Shown here piece by piece: positions 1 through 12,115 of a stretch of 46,887 bases of DNA. Below the pieces are notes generated by a model. The model saw only the letters and a list, made by a program, of their open reading frames with translations. It searched no databases and had not been told where the DNA came from. The stretch lies in NCBI RefSeq assembly GCF_004010195.1, contig NC_057719.1:6277054-6323940 (forward strand), in the 5' to 3' direction. The stretch is from Chiloscyllium plagiosum. Its lineage: Eukaryota. How positions within the stretch are numbered: position 1 is the first letter of the stretch; each line of letters opens with the position of its first letter. A program made the translations under genes and the position numbers.

Positions 1-350
1 TTGTACAAGTTTATAAGATAATGAGGGGGCATGGATAGAATAAACAGACAGTCTTTTTCCAGGGTAGGGGAGTCGAAAGCTCGAGGGCAGAGATTTAAGG
101 TGAGAAGGGAAAGATTTTTAAAAAAAGACCCTGGGGGTAACTTTTTCACACAGAAGGTGGTCCGTATATGGAACGAGCTGCCAGAGGAAGTGGTGGAGGC
201 GGATGCTATTCTAACATTTAAAAGGCATCTGGAAGGGTATATGAATAGAGTGGGTTTAGAGGGATATGGGCCAAGTGCTGGCAAATGGGACTGGATTAAT
301 TTAGGATACCTGGTCAGTATGGGCGAGTTGGGCTGAAGGGTCTGATTCTG
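1..350 (+). mobile_element. CR1-type LINE 3' end fragment
   Basis: Encodes the CR1 ORF2 C-terminus (RGQRFKVR…FFTQKVVRIWNELPEEVVEA) followed by a typical 3' UTR. Confidence 0.85.
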
Positions 351-781
351 ACCTGTCGCTGCAGCTGCAATAATTTTGTGTTTTGTTGGGGAACACCAGC
401 TTGTATTTGCATCGCACTGTTACTTAATCCAATGTCCCAGGGTGTTGTATTAGTGGGTTAATATAAATAAGGTTAAACAAGAAACAAAGAAGCACAGATA
501 CTGTAAATCTGAACAAAACAGGAATTACTAGTGAACATCAGCAGGTCTGACAGCATCTGCAGAGCGAAAGCAGAGCTATCATTTCGGGTCCAGTAACACA
601 CTGTTAGAGTTTCCAACCTACCACTCACCATCCTCCTCCCCCTTTGCAAAATGTGCCAAGATCCATTTCTGTGTTTGAGGGGGGGTGGCGGTGTAAATGC
701 AAACTGTTTGGGTTTTTACTCATTTTAACCTCTAACTCATGGTTCTTCTTAAAACAAGTCCTGTTGTGTTCATTCTCACAG

Positions 782-915
782 CAATTTTCCTGCAGCAGTG
801 TCACTTCTTGCGACAGACTGGCCATTCGGAAAAAGCCATTGCCCTCTTCCAGGCTCTCATTGACTTCACCTTCTTCAAACCTGACAGTGTTGCTGGCCTG
901 ATAACCAAGGCACAG
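782..915 (+). CDS. NRDE2: NRDE2 internal coding exon (first exon in window; phase 1 to phase 0)
   Basis: Acceptor ttctcacag|; encodes (A)IFLQQCHFLRQTGHSEKAIALFQALIDFTFFKPDSVAGLITKAQ, matching the vertebrate NRDE2 motif LFLQQCHFLRQAGHSEKA; donor cag|gtaaag. Confidence 0.93.
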
Positions 916-1068
916 GTAAAGGCAGCCTCTTCTCACCTGCTCCATAGATTTACAGACAGTCAACAAGCATTAAATAGCATGGTTAAGATGATCCAATAAC
1001 CCAGTGGTTAAGCATTGCTCTAGTGTATTGCTCTGCCATCTAGCAATACTGAGTGCTCTCTGGCCTAT

Positions 1069-1295
1069 GCTAAGGAAGGTTAGATGAGGGTTCGTTAGCT
1101 GAGATGGCTGGTTTGTGATGCAGAGTGATGCCAACAGCAGAGGATCAATTCCCACACCAGCTGAGGTTACCGTGAGAAAGTTTCTGTCTCAACCTCCCGT
1201 CGCCTGAGTTTAACCCTCTGGTTTAACCATCACCCATCATCTCTCTTTTAAATGAGAGAGCAGCCCTGTGGTCTGATGGGACTTTGGTGCTTTCT
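1069..1295 (+). mobile_element. Degenerate tRNA-derived SINE-like element (family unassigned)
   Basis: A-box-like gttagctgagatgg and B-box-like ggatcaattccc at the head, followed by a ~150-bp body. Confidence 0.45.
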
Positions 1296-1574
1296 AATCT
1301 CAGTGGGGTTTGTTGCCACCACTCTCCCAGGACTAGGAAGGATAGATCCTGTTCCCAATTGTGGTTTCCCAGTCACGTTTGAAATGTTGAGGGTGTTGCC
1401 TAATGGCCAGATCAGCCTTGCTTCTGGCTGACCCCCTCCTGGATCATCCAGCCTCTCCCTGCCAGTTTCCTCTTGTGGATCTGTACCTTCCAAGTGATCA
1501 TGCTTCCAGCGCGATTGAGCAGGCAAACTAGTGTAAACATTGTTCCTCCATGTGACCGGGCTCACAGAAAAAAG

Positions 1575-1957
1575 AAATCAAGAACTGTGGATGCTGGAGA
1601 TCTGAAACAAAAACAAATATTGCTGGAGGAACTCAGCAGGTCTGGTAGCATCTGTGGAGAGAAAGCAGGGTTCACCCTTTGAGTGACCCTTCCTCAGAAT
1701 TATTCTGTTATTCTGAGCATCAACTGCATTTCCCTCCCCTCAGATGCCCTTTATATTATTCTGAAACGAAAACCGAAATTGCTTAAGGAACTTGGAAAGT
1801 CTGGCAGCATCTGTGGAGCGAGAAACGCAGTTAATGCTCAGAGTTAACAGAACAATTCTGAGGAAGGGTCACTGGACTCAAAGGGTGGACTCTGCTTTCT
1901 CTCTACAGATGCTGCCAGACCTGCTGAGTTCCTTAAGCGAAGTCTGTTTTTGTTTTG
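1575..1957. mobile_element. Penelope-like short elements, family B (inverted-arm, degenerate hammerhead)
   Basis: Arms gctggagga(a)ctcagcaggtctggcagcatctgtggag / cagatgctgccagacctgctgagtt; degenerate CTGAGGA-A-GGGTC-ACTG-GACTC core at 1858-1879. Related copies at ~480-610, 9575-9700, 10610-10730, 12680-12850 and 38325-38465. Confidence 0.65.
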
Positions 1958-2158
1958 AAAATGTGTTGATGGAAAAGCGCAGCAGGTCAGGCAGCATCCA
2001 AGGAGCAGGAGAATCGACGTTTCGGGCATGAGCCCGAAGAAGGGCTCATGCCCGAAACGTCGATTCTCCTGCTCCTTGGATGCTGCCTGACCTGCTGCAC
2101 TTTTCCAGCAACACATTTTCAGCTCTGATCTCCAGCATCTGCAGTCCTCACTTTCTCC
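1958..2158 (+). mobile_element. Penelope-derived palindromic short element, family A, with 15-bp TSD
   Basis: 78-bp inverted arms (1958-2035 / 2042-2119, 2 mismatches) plus a 3' tail; direct repeat tctgtttttgttttg at 1943-1957 and 2159-2173. Confidence 0.85.
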
Positions 2159-2573
2159 TCTGTTTTTGTTTTGGCATAATATAAAGTTTGGTTGGCTTAG
2201 TTAGGGGCTCCATTAAAGCTCTTCGGTCAACTTGCACCTTTATCCCGGAGTATGTCACAGGCCCTCTACGTAGATGTACAGATCTTCACCAGGCCCACCT
2301 TCATGTGCCTGTATTTGCTCTGTAAATGCCAGAATATGCGCAACCCCAAACAACACTAATTGTTTGGCACTTGTTAGATAACATAAACATGGCTTTATGT
2401 CAGTGTCATGCAATTAAGATCAAACTGCTATTTAAAAAGGTTAATTCTTTTCTTGTCTCATTTATGGTCTGAGGTTTTGTCTGACTTCCTCTGTGGTAAA
2501 GTGCTGCGAGATGTTTTAGAATATTGAAGGTGCTCTCTAAATGCACCTTTAAATGAAATTTATACAGAGTATG

Positions 2574-2738
2574 CTGTGGTTCTGTTCGCCGAGCTGGAAG
2601 TTTTTGTTGCAGACGTTTCGTCCCCTGTCTAGGTGACATCCTCAGTGCTTGGGAGCCTCCTGTGAAGCGCTTCTGTGGTGTTTCCTCCGGCATTTATAGT
2701 GGCCTGTCCCTGCCTTTTCCGGTTGTCTTCTCACAAAC
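2574..2738 (-). mobile_element. 165-bp Penelope-like pLTR fragment (family D) with 15-bp TSD
   Basis: Perfect direct repeat tttatacagagtatg at 2559-2573 and 2739-2753; contains a hammerhead motif and an upstream TATAAA on the - strand (2693-2698). Confidence 0.8.
2609..2648 (-). ncRNA. Minimal type I hammerhead ribozyme motif (intact core)
   Basis: - strand reads GCA CUGAGGA U GUCACCU-AGAC-AGGGGAC GAAA C GUC^UGC: stem I GCA/UGC, conserved CUGANGA and GAAA, stem II with one mismatch, palindromic ACGU helix III, GUC cleavage triplet. Confidence 0.75.
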
Positions 2739-2835
2739 TTTATACAGAGTATGTTCATTTTTGGATCATTCCTGCAGACCAAGCCTTGCCCTAGATTATT
2801 CCAGCTTTTATGGATGTGCCTAATTTACCCAAGTG

Positions 2836-4985
2836 ATAGAGGATTGGAAAACTGCCAATGTGACAGCACTGTTCACAAAGGGAGGCAGGCAAAAAGGTGA
2901 CTGACTATAGCCTGATATTTGGAAAAGTATTATAATCAAGTATTAAGGAAATAATAACAGAACATTTGAAAAATCATAATCTAATCAAGCAGAGTCAACG
3001 GGGCTTCATGAAAGGGAAATTGTGTCTGACTAATTAGTGTTTCAAGGAAGTCTCAACCAGAGTGGATAGAGGGGAACCAGTAGACGGATTGTATTTGATC
3101 TTCGAGAAGGTGTTTGTCAAAGTACCTCACAGAAGGTTAGGTCACAGGGTTAGAGGCCACTGTGTTGGAGGTGGTATACTGGCATGGATAGAGGATTGGC
3201 TAATGGGCAAGGAACAGCGCGTGGGGAGAAGGGACACTGTTTCAGTTAGTGACCTGTGAACAGGGGGGGAGTCCACAGGGATCCGGGCTGGGACTGCAGC
3301 TGTTTACAATGTATATTAGTGACTTGGAGGAAGGAAGTGAATGTACTGCATCCACGTTTGCAGACAGCACCAAAATAGGTGCAAGGGCAGGTCACAAGAG
3401 GGATACAGTTAGTTTACAGGGAGGTATTGATAGATTAAATAAATGGGACAAAAGTTGGTAGATGGAATATAATGTGGAAAAATGTGAAGTTGACTCATTT
3501 TGGAAGGGAGAACAAAATATTACTTAAGTGGAGAAAACCTGCAGAAAGCTGTGACACAAAGGGACATGGGAGCACTTGGGCACAAATCCCAGAAAGCTAG
3601 CACACAGTTGCAGTAGGTAATCGGAGTCGAAAACTATCGTGTTGGGAAAGCACAGCAGGTCAGGCAGCATCCAAGGAGCTGGAGAATCAATGTTTTGGGC
3701 ATAGCTCTTCATCAGGAATGTGGGGAGGGGCAGGGGATGCTTAGAGATAAATAGAGTGGGGGTGGGGCTGGGGGGGGAAGGTAGCTGGGAAGGCTCTCGA
3801 TGTGGTCCCCTTTATATTAGGGAGAGAGGATGCCAACTCGCAGAACATTTCAGAGAACATCTCTGGGACACGTGCACCAAACAACCCCACCGCTCTGTGG
3901 CTGAACACTCCAACTCCCCCTCCCACTCTACCAAGGACATGCAAGTCCTGGGCCTCCACCACCACCAAATTCAAGCCACCTGACATCTGGAGGAAGAACA
4001 TCCCATCTTCCGCCTTTGGACCCTCCGACCACCAGTTTCCTCCCCTTCCCTCCCCCACCTCACCCCAGTTCCAACCCTCCAACTCAGCACCGCCCTCTTC
4101 ACCTGTCCTACCTGTCCATCTTGTTTCCCACCTATCCGCTCCTCCCTCCTCTCTGACCTATCACCATCTCCCCGCACCTCCATCCACCTGTCGCCTTCCC
4201 AGCTACCTTCCTCCCCGTTCCCCATTTATCTCTCTGCCCCCTTCCCTCCCCACCAACATTCCTGAAGAAGGGCTTATGCCTGCAACGTCGATTCTCTTCC
4301 TCGGATGCTGCCTGACCTGCTGTGCCACACCTTTCGACTCTGATCTCCATCATCTGTAGTCCTCACTTTCTCCCTGCAACAGCTAATCAGGAAGGCAAAT
4401 GGGATGTTGGCCCTTATTTCAAGGCTGTTGGAGAGTAAGAGTAGGGGGTCTTATTGCAATTATGCAACGTGCTGGTGAGACCACCTCTGGTGTACTGAGA
4501 GCAGTTTTGGTTTCCTTATTTAAGGAAGGATATTGAATGCAGTGCAGGTGAGGTTCACTAGGATAGTCCCTGATATGGAGGAATTGTCTTCTGAGCAAAG
4601 GTTAAACAGTTTGGGACTGTACTCACTGACGCTTAAAAGAATGAGAGATGACGTCATTGAAATACATACAGTTGTTAAGAGGTTTGACAGGTTAAGTGCT
4701 GGGAGGATGTTTGCCTCTTGGGAATGTCTAGGACCAGAGGGCATGGTCTCAGAATAAAGAGACACCGATTTTAGACTGAAATGAGGAATTTCTTCTCTTG
4801 GAGTGTTGAGCATCTTTGGAAGTCCTTGCCACAGACAGCTGTGTATATTTAAGGCTGAGAGAGAGATTCTTGATCAGTCGGGGATTCGGGGTTACGGGGA
4901 AGGACAGGAAAGTGGATATGAGAAATATCAGATCGGTCTTGAACCTAGTGATCGGGGCAATCTAGAGGGGCGGAACAGCCGCCTG
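2836..4985 (+). mobile_element. Degenerate 5'-truncated CR1 LINE (RT region to 3' UTR), interrupted by a Penelope element
   Basis: Fragments DRGEPVD…KVPHRRL, GSPQGSGLG…FADSTK, VQVRFTRIVP; many stops and frameshifts. Confidence 0.85.
3623..4374 (+). mobile_element. Penelope-like (Neptune-type) element, 5'-truncated with inverted 5' segment
   Basis: GIY-YIG remnant RCGPLYIRERGCQLAEHFREHLWD; inverted family-A termini (3640-3720 vs 4258-4325); degenerate TSD tgcagtaggtaatc/tgcaacagctaatc inside the host CR1. Confidence 0.82.
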
Positions 4986-5014
4986 AACCTCCCTCTGACA
5001 TGCTTCCTGCTCTC

Positions 5015-5255
5015 TCACGTGGATATAAATGATCCCTCATATTACTTTGACAAGTCACAGGGGCAGGTTTTCTGGTTTCTAAGCCAATATTTATCCCCCA
5101 GCTTACACCCCCTGAACCGATTGCCTGGTCATTATCCTGTTGATGTTTGTGGGTGTACTCTGTTTGCACTTGGGCTGGTGCATTTCCTCAAGGTCAATGG
5201 GGAGCACAGTATAATGTGCTTTGCAACATCCTGATGTGCTTATATAAATGTAATT
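5015..5255 (+). mobile_element. DeuSINE-like (SacSINE1/AmnSINE1-related) remnant
   Basis: Deu-domain-like gccaatatttatccc…ctggtcattatc…tgtttgtggg and tail tatataaatg. Related copies at ~10230-10520 (+), 21300-21660 (-), 30850-31070 (-) and 39705-39960 (+). Confidence 0.6.
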
Positions 5256-5929
5256 ACTCTGCCTTGAGCAATAGGAAGGAGATCATTAACCCAGTGCTAA
5301 TTGATTTCTGATCAATATTTTGTAATTCCCTGCAGTCGATGCAGAGTTTACAACTTTGTCCTCAGTCATTTAAACATTTATTCCACCCCCCCCCTCCCCC
5401 CCTCCCCACCGGCCACTAGCACAATACAGCTGCAGTTGTCTAACCCTGAAAGGAAACCTTGCAGCACCTCCCAACTGTGCAACCTAACAGCAGATATACA
5501 GGAAGGCCATTACCTTGGAAGTTCCCTTCCAAGTCACACACCATCCTTTGAACGAAATTGCTGTTCCCTCTCCTGGAGTTCCTTTCTATCAGCACTGTGG
5601 ATGTATCGACACCCCATGGACTGGAATGCTGAAAGATGGAGGTTCACTGACCACCTGCTCAAGGACATTCGGATCAGACATCAGCTGCTGGTCTTGCCAG
5701 TGAAGCCGACAACCATTGAATACATTTTTAATAAACCTTTCTCTGGCTGAAACCACCAGCAGACACTCGTCACGTCATCTCTCAGACATGAAGAATGGGG
5801 TCTGCAGAAACAACACAGAAGGAGGAAGGGAAGAATGTGTGTGTGTGAGCGAGAGAGAGAGAGAGAGAAAGCAGTTTTCCTGTTGATTGGGGCAAATTGA
5901 TTAGCATATATTTGAGGGACTCTTTGGTT

Positions 5930-6680
5930 ATAGAGTTAAACAGCATAGAAACAGACTCTTTGGTCCAACACCGATCATGTTCCCAAACTAAACCAGTCAC
6001 ACCTGCCTGTGATTGGCCTAAATCCCAATAACCCTTCCTATTCATGTACTTATCCAAATGTTTTTTAAATGTTGTAACTGTACCTGCATCCGCCATTTCC
6101 TCTGGCTGTTCATTCCACACACAAACCACGCTGTGTTTTTAGAAAAAGGTTGCTCCTCACGTCCTTTTTAAACATTCTCCTCTCACTTTTTAAAAAAAAA
6201 TAGCTCCCAAATTTTGAATACTTCGCCCCCCCCCCCAACCACCCAGGGGAAAAGACCCTTACTGTTCACCTCATATATGTCCCTAATGATTTTATAAACC
6301 TCCTATAGAGTCATACAGGACAGAAACCCCCTCAACCTCCTACGCACCGGTGGAAAAGAAAGTCCCAGACTATTTTAACAACCCAAACCCTCCTGGTAAC
6401 GCCCTGGTAAATTTCTTCTGAACCCCTTCCAGTTTAATAATATCCTTCCTATAACAGGGCGAGCAGAACTGAACTCTATTCCAGAAGAGACCTCACCAAC
6501 ATCCTGTACATCCTCAACATGACGTCCCAACTCCGAGACTCAAAAGGCCTGATCAGTGAAGGCAAGCGTGCCAAATGCCTTTTTAACCACTCTCTACCAG
6601 TGATGCATATTTCAAAGAATTATGTACCTGAACTCCTCGGGGGGGTGTCTCTGTTCTACAACAGTACCCTGAGCCTTCGC
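5930..6680 (-). mobile_element. CR1 LINE 3' fragment
   Basis: - strand VCVWNEQPEEMADAGTVTTFKKHLDKYMNRKG plus upstream ORF2 remnants. Confidence 0.8.
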
Positions 6681-7292
6681 GTTAATGGTTATTGGGACTG
6701 TGTTGGCTGGAGATTAACAAGCTGCAGGTTTACAATTGAAGTGGCATCTTTTAAATTGTGACAGCTGAGCATTTAATATTGAGAGCTGATTCTGTAAAGC
6801 TACACCAGTAATCTATCATTTCTGGATTAGCACTCCTGGCTATCTGCAGTGCAGTGCCAAATCCATATTAGTATGTACTGTGCGTGGCTGACTAAACCTA
6901 CATCAGTCGTAAGCAAGTGTTCCGTGGATACCTCTTGAAACCTCAACATAACTAAGAATTAGGAATGTGATACATTTTTTTCACTGCCAGTTTTGATACC
7001 AAGTGCTGGGTACAGTGTTGGAGTAGATCCAATGGGCAAGCACAGACCAGGAGCGCCCCCAAGTGGTTTTTAAGGTAACATTCTCTGCAGGATTGAAACC
7101 TTTCAGGCCGTGTTGATGGGTGGAGCTGAGTGTGGGCCACACCAGTGACAATCAGTGATTTTTCTTGCCCTGTAGCCCCTGAGCCGGTCACTGCCTGTAA
7201 GCACACCCTTCATTAGTGGGACAAACACTGCTCTCGCAGTCCCACCCTCGCACGCTTTCTGACACTGTCTCACGTTCTTACATTCTCTGGCT

Positions 7293-7435
7293 TAGTTAAA
7301 AATCACACAAAATCTGGGTACCTAATGAAGGAGCAGTGCTCCAAAAGCTTGTACTCTCAAATAAATGAGTTGAACTACAACCTGGTGTTGTGTGATTTTT
7401 AGCTTTGTCCACCCCAGTCCAACACCAGCACCTCC
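7293..7435 (+). mobile_element. Penelope-like short element, family C, degenerate hammerhead
   Basis: Inverted ends agttaaaaatcacacaa / ttgtgtgatttttagct; decayed core tac CTAATGA A GGAGC-AGT-GCTCC AAAA GCTT gta. Confidence 0.6.
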
Positions 7436-8699
7436 TCATCATTCTCTGTCTTGCACGCGCTCTTACACTCTGTCACTCTGCCTCTCTCACAGGTTCTCTT
7501 TCATCTATTCATACTTCTGTCAGCTTTCCACTAACTCCTGATTGGAGTAATGCTAGCACTGAGGATGATGGATTGTGGTTATTAGACACCAGTTCTCTCT
7601 ACCCCAGTACCTCGCTACAGGGGTTCCTCGGAGTAGGGCCTGAGGGCCACCCATCCACAACAATTTTAGCAAAGACTTTCCTTCTATCATAAGGTCAGAG
7701 GGAGGAATGTCCCTTATTGGTTGCATTGTTCATTCTCACACTCTCAGTTTCTCAGATAGTGAGTCCGTCGACTCTCCTCCTCGGATGCTGCCTGACCTGC
7801 TGTGCTTTTCCAGCACCACTCTTTTCGATTCTGACTCTCCGACATCTGCGGTCCTCGCTTTCTCCATGTTCATGCAGAGCATGATTTGGACAACATCCAG
7901 ACTTTATAAATAACACCCGCATCCCACAAATATTTGGCAGTCTCCATCTCTTGGAAAAGTGTACCTAACCATCCGGCCCATAATACAGTATTCAGAGGCA
8001 TTGCTATTGCTGCACCCCTCACCTTCAACCTGCTAGGGGGCAGTGCCCAGCCACTTGGTGGTTTCTCACACACAGCAATCGCCATGCTATCCCTCACATG
8101 GGCTAGTCACCCTACTAGCCACACCTCTCATAATCAGGTTGCCCCTCAGCCTCTGATACTCGAGCGAAAGCAATTTAAATATATTAAGGAGAGCACCCCT
8201 GCTCTACGAAATACAGGCTTGGGATCTCTTGCATCCTGCCAACTGGGCTTTGGATGAATATCTTTTAGGGGATCTTCTGTTTACATTTGGGATCTATATC
8301 CAGCACAGAACCGCCCAGGAGAGCCCACTGTGACCTGTTCTCTGTGCTGAGAGCTTAGTCTTACCCGTGGCCTTGCTGCTGTGCTGCAGTATGACAGTGC
8401 GACGCAGACAGTTTAATTGCTGCTGGTTAATAGCATTGATTTCCAGGGGTTAAGGATGAGCCAGCAATGCATGTTCCCAGTAGATTCTCCCAGCCGCACT
8501 TGGTGACAGGATTACAAATTGCAGGCTCTTGAGAAAATATCAAGCAGGATTAGATGTCAGCTTTTGCTGTCAGCACAAGGTGACATATCACTTCTCCACG
8601 TGAACAGTACAGATTGCTCTTTATTTTCTGTCTGGGCTTGATGAAGAAAACTCAACATCGTAAATGAGAGGAGTAGGAATAGGCCATTCAGCCCCTCAA

Positions 8700-8783
8700 G
8701 ATCAGAGTGGTGCTGGAAAAGCACAGCAGGGCAGGCAGCATTCAAGGAGCAGGAAAATCGACGTTTTGGGCGAGAGCCCTTCA
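8700..8783 (-). mobile_element. Family-A Penelope terminal fragment with 10-bp TSD, inserted into a CR1 tail
   Basis: agcccctcaa at 8690-8699 and 8784-8793 flanks an 84-bp family-A arm. Confidence 0.72.
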
Positions 8784-9959
8784 AGCCCCTCAAACCTGCC
8801 CTGCCCTACTCCAAGATCATGGCTGATCTGCCCCAGGCCTCAACTCCTCTCTTGTGCCTCCACCTGTTCTCTCTGGGAGAGAGAATTGCAGGCATTCAGT
8901 ACCCTCTGGGAGAGGAGCAATCCCTCTGGGTAACCACTTAAACTGCAGGGTGTTGTAGGCTATGGGGCAAGTGCAGGTACATGGTACAAGTATAGTTTGG
9001 TGTTGGTGGGTTGAAGGGCCTGTTTCTGTGTTCCATGACTCAAAGCAGTTCCTTTGCAGTTCATATTTAAATTGGTGTTCTCATATTCTGTAATTACGCC
9101 TCCTGGTTTGAGGCGTCCCCATAATGGAAACATCATCTTAACGTCTACCCTGACAAATCCATCATGCTCTGCAGACAGAAAGAACGTGTGCATGCGCCAC
9201 GTCAACTCTGCAAAACCAGAGGCAGCCATTTGCTGGATTATTTCAGGGCAATGTCCCGATCAGTCACAGGTACCCTTCCATGGCTTAAAACTTCATCTCA
9301 ACATCCACACAGCCCATCTCCGAGATCGTGAGGGTTTGATGTTTTCCGTTATTATCGTTTTACACTTCATGTCTGCATAACACAGAGATGCTTGTCACTC
9401 CGATTAACGAGTTATTAATGTAATGAATTTCTCATTCCTAGTCCATTGGCATCTTCCTGATTACGTTGGGATCATTGGAAGACAGCCGATTGGATATTAG
9501 ATTCACCAATGGGAGGAGAGGATCCTTTGGGGTGTGGCCCCTCTAATTCCACTGCAAGAAGCGTGGATCCTGTAAATCAGAAACTTGCAGGAAAAGCTCA
9601 GCAGGTCAGGCAGTATCTGTGGAGAGAAATCAGAGTTAATGTAACAGGACAACCCTTCCTCAAACCTGCTGAACTTTTCCAGCAATTTCTGTTTTTGTTC
9701 CCTTTGATTCCACATTCAGCAAGTCAGTCTTTTGTGTCATTGGCATAAGTTAGCAAACAGGAGGGAGACCCTGGTTCATATTTATAACACCACATATGAC
9801 TCGAAGAAATTCCTTTGCAGCTCAGTTTTAAGAGTGTTCCCCTATGTTGTAACTGTGTCTCCGTGTTTGCAATGCCCCACTGGTTATAACTCCATGATTT
9901 TCTAACACTTTGACCAGCCCTGCCTCTGTCCTGGCTGAATTGGCCCGGTGTAGCACTGA

Positions 9960-10104
9960 AAATGTGTTGCTGGAAAAACGCAGCAGGTCAGGCAGCATCC
10001 AAGGAACAGGAGAATCGACGTTTCGGGCATAAGCCTGACCTGCTGCGCTTTTCCAGCAACACATTTTCAGCTCTGATCTCCAGCATCTGCAGCCCTCACT
10101 TTCT
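9960..10104 (+). mobile_element. Family-A palindromic Penelope-derived element with 16-bp TSD
   Basis: cccggtgtagcactga at 9944-9959 and 10105-10120; inverted arms aaaatgtgttgctggaaaa…/…ttttccagcaacacatttt plus tail. Confidence 0.83.
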
Positions 10105-12115
10105 CCCGGTGTAGCACTGACCCAGTGCCCTGTTACACGACTCATTCTCTCATGGGCAGATCTTGTGTGTTAATTTCTCAGTGTTAGCTTTAATTAATTC
10201 TGGCTGTTGTCTCAAGTGTCAGCCTCGGCTCAGTGTCACTGCTGAATCCAAGTGTCATGGGTTTAAATCCTTAGACTGTGACTTGAACACACAAATTCAG
10301 ACTGACACCAAGGGAGTGAATGTAAGACGTCCCATTGCGCTATTTCAAACAAAAGCTGGAAAGTTCTCCTTGTTTTCTTGGGAAATATTTGTCTTTTACC
10401 TACCATCACCGAATTACCTCATCGTTGTTTGTGAAAGCTCGCTATATGTGGATTACCTTCAATGTTTCCTCCATTGAAGTATTGTGCTGGAGGGTGCTAT
10501 ATAAATGCAAGTTTTTACTCTTTCACTGATAGTAACCCAACCCTGGAGGAGGCACTTAATGAACTGCAGTGATTCTATATTCGTGGGGACATAAATTGTT
10601 TTGTGATTAAAAGCAAAATGCCACAGAAATCTGAAACAAACAAAATGCTGGAGAAACTCAGCGGGACTGGCAACATCCGGGGAGACAGAAAACAGTTAAC
10701 GTTTTAAGTCCAATGTAACTCCTCTTCAGAAATTGCTTGTCAGTTTGAATCTTCAAGCATGTCCCTGTGCTCAGCCAGATAAACAACCTGTTGTGTTACT
10801 GTCAGTTTGTCAACATTCTGATGTGCTGTTTGAGCAGTGAGCCAGAGATTAAATATTGAAATAATATTAGCAAGGCTGCTTTAATTGCTTTGTCTGTAAG
10901 GCCCAGCACCATTAATATAGTTCAGATTGCGGATAGCCTATGCGGTTAATATTCACCACACTCTCAGTAAGATGATACCATAATTAGTTTTGGAAGATTG
11001 ATGCATTTTCTTATTCCTTTTTTGTTCGGTGGCCTCTTTCCCATGTTCTCCACACCTAATGGAAATGACGTTCGATTTGACAGCAGATGGGATTGTGAGA
11101 GCAGAAAATAGATCACAGTGACATTACCAGAAACCGTTTGTAATCCACACGTCAGGGCTGCTTGATTGATCCAATTCATTTCTTTAGAATTGTGTCTTGG
11201 CTTTAAAGTCATCAGTCTCTCCTTCTGCAGGCTGTTTGCGAAGTCAGACTCTGCGCCATTTGACTCGAGGGTCTGAGTGGAGTGGAAGTGAGGTTCAGGG
11301 GGAACCTGCTGGGGTCTCTCTGAGGGCATGTTTATACACCACTGATGAAACCTTTTAACCACACACCAGGGGTGTTTTTAAAAAAAAATAAATTCATGTG
11401 TCAGCGAGCAAAGTCTTTTGTGCTCAGGAGTAGCTTTACAGCGAGATCATCACCGTTGTCAAATAAAGTAATCTATTTTTATCTCCTCCCTTCCCCACTG
11501 TGCCATTGGACTTTTGCTGTTTCTTCTCCCTCCTGTTTTTTCATTTTTGCATACTTCAGAATAAAGAGTAACAACTCCAGACTGAGGAAATATTGACGCT
11601 AACAACTCATGTGTCTCAAGACAGAATCTGAACAGTTCCCAAGAAAGCTATAAAACTAGATTGAGTGCAAGAGACTGTAGTTACTGCCGAGTGAATCTTT
11701 ATGAGACTCAGGTTTGCACAGGGATCTCTGAGCAGAGGTTAGAGTAAGCAATTGCCTTTGGTTCTTTTACTGCCGATAAAGTAATATTTTTGAGCTGAAT
11801 CAGCTGTAAAGTTCAGTAAAACATGGAGGGTGATCAGTTTTCAAATCAATCTCAACAGATGCAGCCCAGCCTGAATGGAATTGTTTCTCTTTTCCTCACG
11901 GTTGTGTTGTTTGTGTGCCAGGAGCTTTGGATGGGGGATTTCAGAAGGCATCCAAAACTACATCGCCCACAAAGCCTTCAAGGTTCTACACTCACCACAA
12001 TCGCCATTCTTCAATCTTTTCCACTCAGTTGTGACCATAAATGTTCTCTCAGGAAGGATGTGCTGGATTTAGAGATGGTCCAGAGGACGTTCACAAGGAC
12101 AATCCCGGTGATAAG

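Noticed and set aside
1958..2119. miRNA precursor or DNA-transposon MITE
   Set aside because: The arms match the termini of GIY-YIG Penelope elements, have an asymmetric tail and variable TSD lengths, pointing to retroelement origin.
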